From: a candidate division FCPU426 bacterium
GTDB taxonomy: Bacteria > Oederibacteriota > JAAXVQ01 > JAUVAV01
Assembly (NCBI GenBank): GCA_030637655.1
Contig: DAOWGI010000104.1
Location: 1 to 38,368, forward strand
DNA length: 38,368 nucleotides
Direction: 5' to 3'
Below, one piece after another: positions 16,592 to 25,012 of this stretch. The position numbers and the translations under genes are program-made. Under the pieces are notes generated by a model. That model was not told the DNA's origin, ran no database searches, and saw only the letters and a list, made by a program, of their open reading frames with translations. Within the stretch, counting starts at the first letter, position 1; each line of letters starts with the position of its first letter.

Positions 16592-17247
16592 ACAGTCTCA
16601 AGTTCCAGTTGTAATTGCGGAATAGGAGCAAAGGTACGGCGATGAATATCACAGATGCCGTGTTTACGCAAAGCATTCATATGCTCTGTGGTTCCGTACC
16701 CTTTATGACGGGCAAATCCCCATTGCGGATACACCTGATCATAATCGCGCATAATGCGATCACGCATTTCTTTGGCAATTATGGAAGCCGCGGCAATGGA
16801 AAGCGAATGCGTTTCTCCGGCAACAATTGTTTGCGAGTTTTCAGCCCAGGCAGGTTTGCGATTGCCGTCAATGAGCAAATAATCCGGTTTCCGACGCAAA
16901 CTGTTCACCGCTTTTTCCATGGCCAAAAAGGTGGCTTGCAATATGTTGATTTTATCAATGGTCTGAGCATCCACGATACCAACACCGATCTCGCGGGCAC
17001 GTTCGTGTAAAAGCATAAACAATTCACGGCGTTTGGCAGGAGTTAATTTTTTGGAGTCTTTGACATGTTTAAAATCCGAGATATCTTCAGGCAGGAATAC
17101 GCAAGCAGCGACCACCGGCCCTGCTAAAGGACCGCGGCCGGCTTCGTCAATACCGGCCACGTTCCTAAATCCATTTGCTTGCGCACGGGTTTCATATCTA
17201 AATCTGGTACTGAGTTCATTCTCTGGGAGCGAGAAACAAAAACTCAC
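16588..17247 (-). CDS. rnhB: Ribonuclease HII
   Basis: GIDEAGRGPLAGPV, DSKKL, SIAAASIIAK, HKGYGT. Confidence 0.96.
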   Translation of the reverse strand: MSFCFSLPENELSTRFRYETRAQANGFRNVAGIDEAGRGPLAGPVVAACVFLPEDISDFKHVKDSKKLTPAKRRELFMLLHERAREIGVGIVDAQTIDKINILQATFLAMEKAVNSLRRKPDYLLIDGNRKPAWAENSQTIVAGETHSLSIAAASIIAKEMRDRIMRDYDQVYPQWGFARHKGYGTTEHMNALRKHGICDIHRRTFAPIPQLQLELETV

Positions 17248-17249
17248 GT

Positions 17250-17741
17250 TTAAGCCTCAGCAGGAGTTTCGTCTTTCTTTTCGCTTTCCTGTTTAGCCTG
17301 GGCCTGGGCTGCAGCTTCCAGGGCCGAAGCCTCTTGCTCGGCATCTATGGCTTTCTGTTCAGAAGCTTGGAGCTGCAAGAGTTTTTCGCGACGCATTTGT
17401 TTGATCTTGGCATGTTTCCCGGTTTTGCCTCTGAGATAATACAGTTTTGCCCGGGCCACTTCACCGCGTTTGACTACTTTGATTTCCTTGATCAAGGGTG
17501 AATGCAGCAAAAACGTACGCTCCACTCCAACACCGGAAGAAATACGGCGCACTTTAAAGGTTTCATTGGTGCCTGTCCCCTTCCGGGCAATCACCGTTCC
17601 TTCAAAAATCTGGATGCGTTCTTTTTCTCCTTCTTTGATCTTCAAGTGCACTTTGATAACATCTCCAGAACCAAACTGTGGGATGCGTTTTTTATTCAAG
17701 TGTCCTTTTTCAATTGCTTTCATTATTTCGCCGATATTCAT
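17250..17741 (-). CDS. rplS: 50S ribosomal protein L19 with C-terminal extension
   Basis: [28 protein letters not shown]; start placed at the ATG overlapping the trmD stop (ATGA). Confidence 0.96.
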   Translation of the reverse strand: MNIGEIMKAIEKGHLNKKRIPQFGSGDVIKVHLKIKEGEKERIQIFEGTVIARKGTGTNETFKVRRISSGVGVERTFLLHSPLIKEIKVVKRGEVARAKLYYLRGKTGKHAKIKQMRREKLLQLQASEQKAIDAEQEASALEAAAQAQAKQESEKKDETPAEA

Positions 17742-18529
17742 GACTTGATCCTCCTGCTTGTCTTCTGTTTCTTTTTTGCCTTTTTTTGCAATCCATCCAA
17801 AACCTTTAGATCGGAAACGCTTAAGCTTGCATTTTGTAATAAATCCGGTCGATTCCATAGAGTAGTTTCCAACTGCTTTTCCCTGCGCCAACCGGTTAAT
17901 TTTTTATGATCACCCGAAAGCAGCACTTCCGGTACCCGCCAGTTCCGGTATGAGGGAGGCCGGGTATAATGAGGATAATCCAGTAAGCCATCGGAAAATG
18001 AATCCCAGACCGCGGAATCCTTAGCTCCCAAAACATTGGGCAACAACCTTACTACTGCATCAATAATAACCACGGCAACAGGTTCGCCGCCTGTGAGCAC
18101 ATAATCCCCAATGGAAATTGCTTCATCACAAAAATTATCTTCCACGCGCTGATCAATACCTTCATAGCGTCCGCAAATAAGCGTAAATTGCGATTCCTGC
18201 GACAATTTCCGGGCCATAGCCTGATCAAATTTACGACCGGTTGGGGTCAGCAAAAATATTTTGCCGGTTCCTCCGCGCCTTCGTGCAGCAGCCAGCGCTC
18301 TGGCAATCGGTTCAATTTTTATTACCATCCCGCAGCCGCCGCCATATGGCTTATCATCCGCGGTTCGGTGTTTATCTCTTGAAAAATCCCGAATATTAAT
18401 AACCCGGGGTTCAAACAAGCCCTTCATGCGAGCTCGTTTTAATATTGACTGCGTAAATGCGATTTCAACCAATTCCGGAAACAACGTCAATATATTCACA
18501 GTCAAGGTCCGTGGATTCTTTGGCATCAA
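17738..18529 (-). CDS. trmD: tRNA (guanine-N1)-methyltransferase
   Basis: [42 protein letters not shown]. Confidence 0.97.
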   Translation of the reverse strand: MMPKNPRTLTVNILTLFPELVEIAFTQSILKRARMKGLFEPRVINIRDFSRDKHRTADDKPYGGGCGMVIKIEPIARALAAARRRGGTGKIFLLTPTGRKFDQAMARKLSQESQFTLICGRYEGIDQRVEDNFCDEAISIGDYVLTGGEPVAVVIIDAVVRLLPNVLGAKDSAVWDSFSDGLLDYPHYTRPPSYRNWRVPEVLLSGDHKKLTGWRREKQLETTLWNRPDLLQNASLSVSDLKVLDGLQKKAKKKQKTSRRIKS

Positions 18530-19041
18530 AACCCTTCCGGAATTCGCACACGCATGCGTTTGTTTTGTAGATCAATGCTTAATATTATGTCTTTTACGGC
18601 CGGTAGCAGAAGTTCTTTATTGGCTGCATTGTGTATTTCGTAAATGTCATTCGAACCGGTCTGAATGACATCCGTTACTTTCCCAATACTGTTCCCTTGC
18701 GCGTCTTCAACCTGTAGATCTATGATGTCATCAATAAAATACCGGCCGGTCGAAAGTATCCCGCGTTCTGATCTGGGAAGTGCCAAAAAACCATTGGATA
18801 ATTGACTTGCCTCTTCCCGTCGGGCAATTTCTTCAAACCGTATTAAATGAAAACGCTCACCCGGCCGAAAGGTTGCAACTGTGAGTCGTTTGGAGTTCTG
18901 CTTTTTCCCAATCCACCAGATCGTTTTTAGCGTTTCAAATCGATCCGGTACATCCGTAAGGGAAAACACTTTAACTTCGCCGTGCACCCCATGGACAGCA
19001 CCAACTTTTCCGATTCTCACCCAAGAATCCAAAGGAGTCAC
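18526..19041 (-). CDS. rimM: 16S rRNA processing protein RimM
   Basis: IGKVGAVHGVHGEVKV, TGSNDIY, ELLLPAV; conserved gene order. Confidence 0.95.
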   Translation of the reverse strand: MTPLDSWVRIGKVGAVHGVHGEVKVFSLTDVPDRFETLKTIWWIGKKQNSKRLTVATFRPGERFHLIRFEEIARREEASQLSNGFLALPRSERGILSTGRYFIDDIIDLQVEDAQGNSIGKVTDVIQTGSNDIYEIHNAANKELLLPAVKDIILSIDLQNKRMRVRIPEGF

Positions 19042-19057
19042 TCCGCTGTGAACTTAT

Positions 19058-19288
19058 TCATTCCTGAACAATTAACGAAACTTTTGTCTTAGTTTTGGTT
19101 GCCGCAGCTGTCAGCAGTTGACGGATAGCTTTCACGGTCTGTCCTTTTTGCCCAATGATTCTACCCAAATCCTCATTGGCAACTTTCAGTTCCAGGACAA
19201 GATTATCGTTATTTTTCTGGACCGTCACCTGCACTTGCTCCGGGTGTTCCACCAATGATTTCGCTAAATACTCAATCAGTTGTTTCAC
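19058..19288 (-). CDS. khpA: KH-domain RNA-binding protein KhpA
   Basis: LAKSLVEHPE…EDLGRIIGQKGQTVKAIR; lies between rpsP and rimM. Confidence 0.93.
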   Translation of the reverse strand: MKQLIEYLAKSLVEHPEQVQVTVQKNNDNLVLELKVANEDLGRIIGQKGQTVKAIRQLLTAAATKTKTKVSLIVQE

Positions 19289-19290
19289 GC

Positions 19291-19560
19291 TTATTTCCCG
19301 GGTTGTTTCAATTCAGCTGCTTTTTTCATAATGTCATTTTTTAGAAAAAGCTGCCGAACCGATTCTGATGGTTTCGCGCCTCGTGAAATCCAAAGCGCTG
19401 CTTTATCAGCGTCCAATTTCAATTCCACTGGTTTTTTCAGATTGGCATATGTACCAAGCTGTTCAATACACCCCTTGGGTTTGCGCGAATCTGTGACAAC
19501 AATGTGCCAAAAAGGTTTGTGGATTGCTCCACGGCGTTGAAGTTTAATAATCGTAGCCAT
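19291..19560 (-). CDS. rpsP: 30S ribosomal protein S16
   Basis: IKLQRRGA..KPFWHIVVTDSR…IEQLGTY…WISRGAKPSESV. Confidence 0.96.
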   Translation of the reverse strand: MATIIKLQRRGAIHKPFWHIVVTDSRKPKGCIEQLGTYANLKKPVELKLDADKAALWISRGAKPSESVRQLFLKNDIMKKAAELKQPGK

Positions 19561-19609
19561 TTTCCACCTCTGATTTTTAACATAATAACCTGATGATTAT
19601 GTTTTTTTA

Positions 19610-19685
19610 TGGAGCCGATGACCAGACTCGAACTGGTGACCCACAGTTTACGAAACTGTTGCTCTACCACCTGAGCTACACCGGC
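19610..19685 (-). tRNA. tRNA-Thr(CGT)
   Basis: 76-nt cloverleaf GCCGGTG…; anticodon arm ACAGT-TTCGTAA-ACTGT; GTTCGA T-loop; encoded CCA. Confidence 0.95.
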
Positions 19686-19723
19686 CTTAAAGCAGCGCTA
19701 CAGCAAGCTGTGCCCCTGAAAAA

Positions 19724-19799
<76 letters not shown>

Positions 19800-19908
19800 A
19801 CAAACTTTTTTATTCTCACGATCAGGTCTGAAACCCTTGCGAACCTGTAAATTCGTCAGAAAATCGTTTATTTTAAAGACATATTCAAACTAATATAAAG
19901 AGGTCAAG

Positions 19909-19937
19909 ATAGTAACAAATCAGAATATTAATGTCAA
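19909..19937 (-). promoter_or_regulatory. sigma70 promoter for the tRNA-rpsP cluster
   Basis: TTGACA-17 bp-TACTAT with an A-tract upstream on the minus strand. Confidence 0.8.
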
Positions 19938-20170
19938 CTTTTTTATACCAAGTGTCGCACCTAAGTGTCGCGGCAAAGTGATAATGTCCTATTTCATACT
20001 ATCGCCAACTTATCCGGGAAAGGAACTGAATTTCGGAATATCAAAATCTATAACGCCGGCTTTTGATATTTTCGCGAACTATATTAATCAACAAGAATTT
20101 TCAGGCCTTTGAATTTAGTGGCGTCTGGATCAGGTTAGGGCGTTGGCAATGAACAGTAATATTATTAATA

Positions 20171-20977
20171 TTAAAAACCAAATGAATCAAATAAAAGTTT
20201 CTTATAATTATCTCTCCCCATATCAGCGGGAATATCACCATGCCTGGCATCTTTTATTAGTACAAATTTTTTGGGTTCAGGAGCATTTTCATATACCCTT
20301 TTTCCGTTTTTTTCATGTGGCAATGTTTTATCTTTATCACCCTGGATTATAACAACCTTGTTTTTAGTATGTTTTATTTTTTCTATATTATCATATTTTT
20401 TCACTACCACAAATTGTGGAGGTATATCCAGCGGCGCACTACCCTCCATTATAGTGCCGGCATTTCCTATAGGTGCTTCCAGAAGTAATAATTTACATTT
20501 ATCTTTTGTGCTTATATGAACTGCCGGGACGCTTCCCAAAGAATATCCATAAATAATTATATCGGGTTGGTTCCAGAAAAGTTGAGTTAAAACAAAATCC
20601 ATAGCTGCTTCTGAATCTCTTAAAAGAGCGTCTTCCGAACATTTACCTTCACTTTTACCAAATCCCTCATAATCGATGGCAAAAACATCATATCCCATTT
20701 CCCAATAAATTTCGATCCATTTGTAATAATGGTTAAGATTCCGGTAATTTCCTGGAAAATATAATATTTTATCCTCAGAATTAGGAGAATGAAAAACATG
20801 TAATCCGTAAATTCTTTTATCATTTATTTTTATTTCGTATAAATTCATTTTATCGGAAGGTATGATTTTATTCGAAAAATCATAATCTTCTCCGGTTTGC
20901 GGCGCAAATAAAAAGCCATCCAGCGAACAACTGCTTAGTAACATAAGGACTGATAAAATTAAAACGCTCTTTTTCAT
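20171..20977 (-). CDS. Alpha/beta-hydrolase lipoprotein
   Basis: Lipobox LSSC; DYEGFGKSEG; nucleophile GYSLG; QGDKD; ARHGD. Confidence 0.88.
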   Translation of the reverse strand: MKKSVLILSVLMLLSSCSLDGFLFAPQTGEDYDFSNKIIPSDKMNLYEIKINDKRIYGLHVFHSPNSEDKILYFPGNYRNLNHYYKWIEIYWEMGYDVFAIDYEGFGKSEGKCSEDALLRDSEAAMDFVLTQLFWNQPDIIIYGYSLGSVPAVHISTKDKCKLLLLEAPIGNAGTIMEGSAPLDIPPQFVVVKKYDNIEKIKHTKNKVVIIQGDKDKTLPHEKNGKRVYENAPEPKKFVLIKDARHGDIPADMGRDNYKKLLFDSFGF

Positions 20978-21585
20978 TTAAATCTTCTTCCTACACCTAA
21001 ATATATGCCCACACAGCCATAGCCAGGTGAAATATACTCTGTAGTATAATCATTTTTGATATGCGGAGCGAGATAGGAAAATTCGCACATTAGATCCCAT
21101 TTTCCGATTTTTTTTATAACAGAAATAAACGGCGACACAAATATATATGGTTCTCTAAATTGATACATCGAAGAAATACCGGGGGTCAGGTAGATTGTTT
21201 GGCTAAGTTGTATTGAATACCAACTGCTTAAAAGGGGAAAAATTCTGGCAACCTCTTCTTTAATGTCCCACACAAATAATATTTCAGGCTGAATAGCAAA
21301 CTTCGGAGTTAAAAAATATATTAAATTTGAATCAATGGAAATATTTTGAAATAGAATTAAAGTAACGGGCAAATCTATGCCAAGACTTAAATTATCATTT
21401 ATTCCATATCTATAACCCAAATACACGAGGGGCATAAATAATGGAATATCATTCAACTTTATCATTGGCCCCCCAACGGAAAAATGCACCTCTTTTTCAT
21501 TTTTAGGTAGAGGCTTATATAATCGTTGGGTAGCACAACCCGTCAGAAAAATAATTACTATCAGAACGGATATTTTTTTCAGCAT
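20974..21585 (-). CDS. Hypothetical lipoprotein, possibly a small beta-barrel
   Basis: Lipobox LTGC; alternating aromatic/hydrophobic strands; ends IYLGVGRRFK; overlaps the hydrolase start. Confidence 0.65.
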   Translation of the reverse strand: MLKKISVLIVIIFLTGCATQRLYKPLPKNEKEVHFSVGGPMIKLNDIPLFMPLVYLGYRYGINDNLSLGIDLPVTLILFQNISIDSNLIYFLTPKFAIQPEILFVWDIKEEVARIFPLLSSWYSIQLSQTIYLTPGISSMYQFREPYIFVSPFISVIKKIGKWDLMCEFSYLAPHIKNDYTTEYISPGYGCVGIYLGVGRRFK

Positions 21586-21735
21586 AGATTTAGTAACGTG
21601 CCTAAATATTTGTACATAATAAGATTTTTTTCATAACCCCGGATAATTATCAGATTTTTTACTCATCCGCACCTGAGAATATAATATAAATAAACGAAAA
21701 GTCAATCTTTTTAAATCGCATCCAGCCCTGCCAAT

Positions 21736-22629
21736 TCATCCGGACTTGGGGGATGTGGTTGAAAATTTATCGTAGCTAAACAAGCCAATATTTGTAATTA
21801 GAAGAACGATGAATCCAGCCAATCCGGTAACTCCAATAAGCAAATCACTTCCCCCTTTGACCACTATAACCGCCAGTCCGGCGGTAGCGTTGAACGAACC
21901 GTGAATAATAGCGGCAGCGATGACAGATTGCGCTTTGAGTCGCACGTAACTGAAAATCGGAGCCAGCAGAATACACCAGATGGTCATCATAAATACGCCG
22001 GCTACCGGATGCTCCGGATAGTTGTGACCTTGTAAAATAATGGGAGCATGCCATATCCCCCAGATAGCACCAATAATTACTGATGACTTCCAGAATTCCA
22101 GGTAGCCAAGTTCTCTTTGCAGCAATCCTCGCCAGCCCAATTCCTCGCCAAAACCGAAAATTGCATTGATTGTGACTCCGGCAACAAGTCCCTGTAAAAG
22201 AGTAAGCCAAATAGGATGAATAGGAAGCGTGGATGTCTGACTTTCCATCTGCGCCAATTGTTCTGGTGTAAGCAAAGACTTGAATCTCTCAAACATTCCT
22301 GCCATTTCCGTCGAGTATTCGACTCCTGGAAAAAGCAAACTAACTCCCAGTGTAGCAAAAGCGAGAACCGGCGGAAGCAGCCAGGCAACCACAAACCAAC
22401 GATTCAGCTTGAAAGAAATTCCCAAGGGCTCTTTTAAGGGTTCTTTATAAATGAATTTCTGGACAATAATAGCAACAACCATGGGCATAAACATATAAAT
22501 TGCTATCATCCCAAATGAAGCCGGGGTGTCCCACTTGCCACCAAAAACAAAAAACAGCGCGACCATAAGCCAGCAAAAGAAGAAGGTCAATCCTATAAAT
22601 AATATAATTTTTATGCTGTTTCTATGCAT
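21736..22629 (-). CDS. CPBP (CAAX protease/Abi) family intramembrane metalloprotease
   Basis: GEELGWRG, WGIWH, AAIIHGSFN; start placed at ATG 22629 after AAGGGA. Confidence 0.9.
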   Translation of the reverse strand: MHRNSIKIILFIGLTFFFCWLMVALFFVFGGKWDTPASFGMIAIYMFMPMVVAIIVQKFIYKEPLKEPLGISFKLNRWFVVAWLLPPVLAFATLGVSLLFPGVEYSTEMAGMFERFKSLLTPEQLAQMESQTSTLPIHPIWLTLLQGLVAGVTINAIFGFGEELGWRGLLQRELGYLEFWKSSVIIGAIWGIWHAPIILQGHNYPEHPVAGVFMMTIWCILLAPIFSYVRLKAQSVIAAAIIHGSFNATAGLAVIVVKGGSDLLIGVTGLAGFIVLLITNIGLFSYDKFSTTSPKSG

Positions 22630-23211
22630 TTTTCCCTTATCTTCGGATTTGGCTTTGAGCGTTATTAAATTCTCGAGAATTTGTAAGTATATCACAAGAT
22701 ATCAACATTTCGGCCTCTGTTATAGTTAGATTAAACTAAAAGAGAAAGGTGGAGTGCGCCCCTGTAGCTGGCAAGAAACGAAAAGCATCATTAGGACAGA
22801 TCACCCTAAAACTACCGGTATAATACTCCATTCTGTAGGGTGCACTCCAGTTCTCCAGTTCACAGGGTACACTCCAAAAACTGATATATATCAAGAACGT
22901 AAAAAGGTTATTTTAATTAAATAATTTTTTTTTAAAGTCGCTGCCCAAGTTATATCGGGAAAAAGTTTATTAAATATATGCCCAGGCAACCTTTTACGAA
23001 AAAACCAAAAAAATGTGTTCAATCACTTGATTTTACCTTTTAACCTAACAATCTTTTTCATGAAGATGAGGCGTGGTCGCAATTCAATCAAGCTGGTTTG
23101 TCCGTCTTTAAAGCGTTTATCTCTGATTGTCCAAATCCCGCCCTCATATACCTGACAAGGCACGCGTTCTTTTCGGGCTCGTTTACAACCAGGATTGCCG
23201 CGTGCAAATAT

Positions 23212-23252
23212 AAAAACCCCCGCCGGAAAAATACCGTTCCAGCGGGGGTTTT
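23212..23252 (-). terminator. Rho-independent terminator, potentially bidirectional
   Basis: AAAACCCCCGCCGGAA…TTCCAGCGGGGGTTTT. Confidence 0.8.
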
Positions 23253-23284
23253 ACGTTCCTGGTTACAAATTGTAAATAACTTAT

Positions 23285-24052
23285 CTATTTACCCAGGCCT
23301 TTCAGCAAATTCATAAACATTTGTTTTTTCTGATTCTGCTCGGATTTTTTGAACGCTTCGCCCGGGATGGTTATCTTGGTTTTCATGACCGAGACGGCCT
23401 TAGCCGCGTATTTCTTGGTTATTTTTATATTCCGAAAAATATTGCCCATTTCCTCAATTTTTTCCTCTTCTGCCAGCCAATGGGAAGTAATGCTACCCTT
23501 AAATACAATAGCAGCCATGCTCGCGACCTTGCCCGATGATTTGCTGATCCCAGCCACCTGCTTGGCCATGACATTGGTAAATACCGAGATGTCCGCGGAC
23601 ACTTGCGGCCGTTTTTTCTTGCGACCGAATTTTCGATCCGCCTGTTTCTTGGCTTCGTCAACTTTTTTCTGGTCTACCAGCTTGATCGCCGGGTCTTTTT
23701 CAAAAGCCGTGCGCAACTGCTTGAATAACTTGTCCGGTTTAATGGATTTTTTTAGGTTTTCAGCAATGACCGGCCGGAAGAGCGCGACTATGATCGGCTC
23801 GTTAGGTTTGCGTTTTTCCGCCTTTTTTATACGCTCAATGCGGTCCGCCTGGGCCTGCTGCCTGGCTTTTTCCTTTTTCATGGTCGCGGCATCGCCGGTG
23901 ACCACTGTCTTGCCGTCCACAACCTCGGTTTTTTTCCATGTTGTCTTGCCGCCCACGGTGGACGATTTGTACGACATACTCGCGCATCCCGCCACTAAAC
24001 TTAGCATGCATACGCCCACCATGCCCTTCAGTATTGCCATTTTGCCTGTCAT
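23285..24052 (-). CDS. Hypothetical Lys-rich lipoprotein
   Basis: RBS AAAGGAGG; lipobox LVAGC; terminator directly downstream. Confidence 0.75.
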   Translation of the reverse strand: MTGKMAILKGMVGVCMLSLVAGCASMSYKSSTVGGKTTWKKTEVVDGKTVVTGDAATMKKEKARQQAQADRIERIKKAEKRKPNEPIIVALFRPVIAENLKKSIKPDKLFKQLRTAFEKDPAIKLVDQKKVDEAKKQADRKFGRKKKRPQVSADISVFTNVMAKQVAGISKSSGKVASMAAIVFKGSITSHWLAEEEKIEEMGNIFRNIKITKKYAAKAVSVMKTKITIPGEAFKKSEQNQKKQMFMNLLKGLGK

Positions 24053-24174
24053 AGCCGCCTCCTTTGGTGTAAGTGAATACTCTGTGAATTATCATACATT
24101 TCCGCGCTGAATACAATAAAAACACCGGCCGCTGTTAGTGCCATTCTATGGTGTCTCCGAAATTTTAAAGCGGC

Positions 24175-24741
24175 TTACTGCCATTGACTTTTAAAAACGC
24201 ACTTGGTGCCCTGTTTAAATACGCATTCAGTGTGTTCAACGACTATCTGCCGGGCGCCGGAATAATCCAGAGCAAATTCCATCCATCCCATCGTTGCCTC
24301 ACACATCCCCCATCCTAAAGAACGAGCGTCCTCCGCCAGAAAAATTACTGCCTTGTCCTTTTCACTGATCATAGTAAGTCTTGCTCCCGCAACATAACGG
24401 CTATAAATAATAGGGATTTTTTTTATGATAAATCCAGGAGAACCAATCTTCAAAAACACTTTCAAAGCCATGTTCAAATCATTGTGCGCAACAGACCGGC
24501 CCATTTTAATAAAGATCGCCGGATCTCCCTGACCCAGGTGCATTATGATAGTTTTAAACAACCGTTGATAAACCGGAGCGGGAACTCGTGAAATAGGCAG
24601 GAGACCTCTCTTATAAATATTCTGGTCTTCCGGAGGTAAAAGCGCCACAACTGATTTCCATTTCTCTTCCCCGTAATTTTTAGTGATCCAACTAATCATG
24701 CCAATTACCGCGTTACCTTGAAGTGAAAAATCAGCAAGCAT
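24175..24741 (-). CDS. Hypothetical protein with V4R-like C-terminus
   Basis: RBS GAAGGGA; C-terminal HTECVFKQGTKCVFKSQW resembles V4R/heme-NO-associated small domains. Confidence 0.6.
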   Translation of the reverse strand: MLADFSLQGNAVIGMISWITKNYGEEKWKSVVALLPPEDQNIYKRGLLPISRVPAPVYQRLFKTIIMHLGQGDPAIFIKMGRSVAHNDLNMALKVFLKIGSPGFIIKKIPIIYSRYVAGARLTMISEKDKAVIFLAEDARSLGWGMCEATMGWMEFALDYSGARQIVVEHTECVFKQGTKCVFKSQWQ

Positions 24742-24832
24742 AATCGACTTCCCTTCTCATTTCTAGCTTAAATGTATTATCGTCAGGATACATCAGAAAT
24801 TAAGTGGCTGGTAGCGAATAATCAGTACAGAG

Positions 24833-25012
24833 GTAATATATGTCAGTGAACAAATGGAAAGAAAATTAGCCGCCGATGAACGCCGATAAATACAGATTAA
24901 TTTTTTTTTATCTCTTAAGCCATAAATATCTACGTCTATCTGCGTTCATCGGCGGCTAATTTTGGTTCCGGTTTATCTGTATTAGGTTTTTCCTGCTTCA
25001 CTGACATGATAC
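24833..25012. mobile_element. MITE shell with the same TIR family but a different palindromic cargo; overlaps the pbpC 3' end
   Basis: GTAATATATGTCAGTGAA…TTCACTGACATGATAC enclosing the 22-bp perfect IR AAAATTAGCCGCCGATGAACGC (24862-24963); no target duplication. Confidence 0.7.

Noticed and set aside
17742-17891. N-terminal extension of L19 in the ORF track
   Set aside because: Lies within trmD; ATG 17741 gives a normal N-terminus and an ATGA overlap
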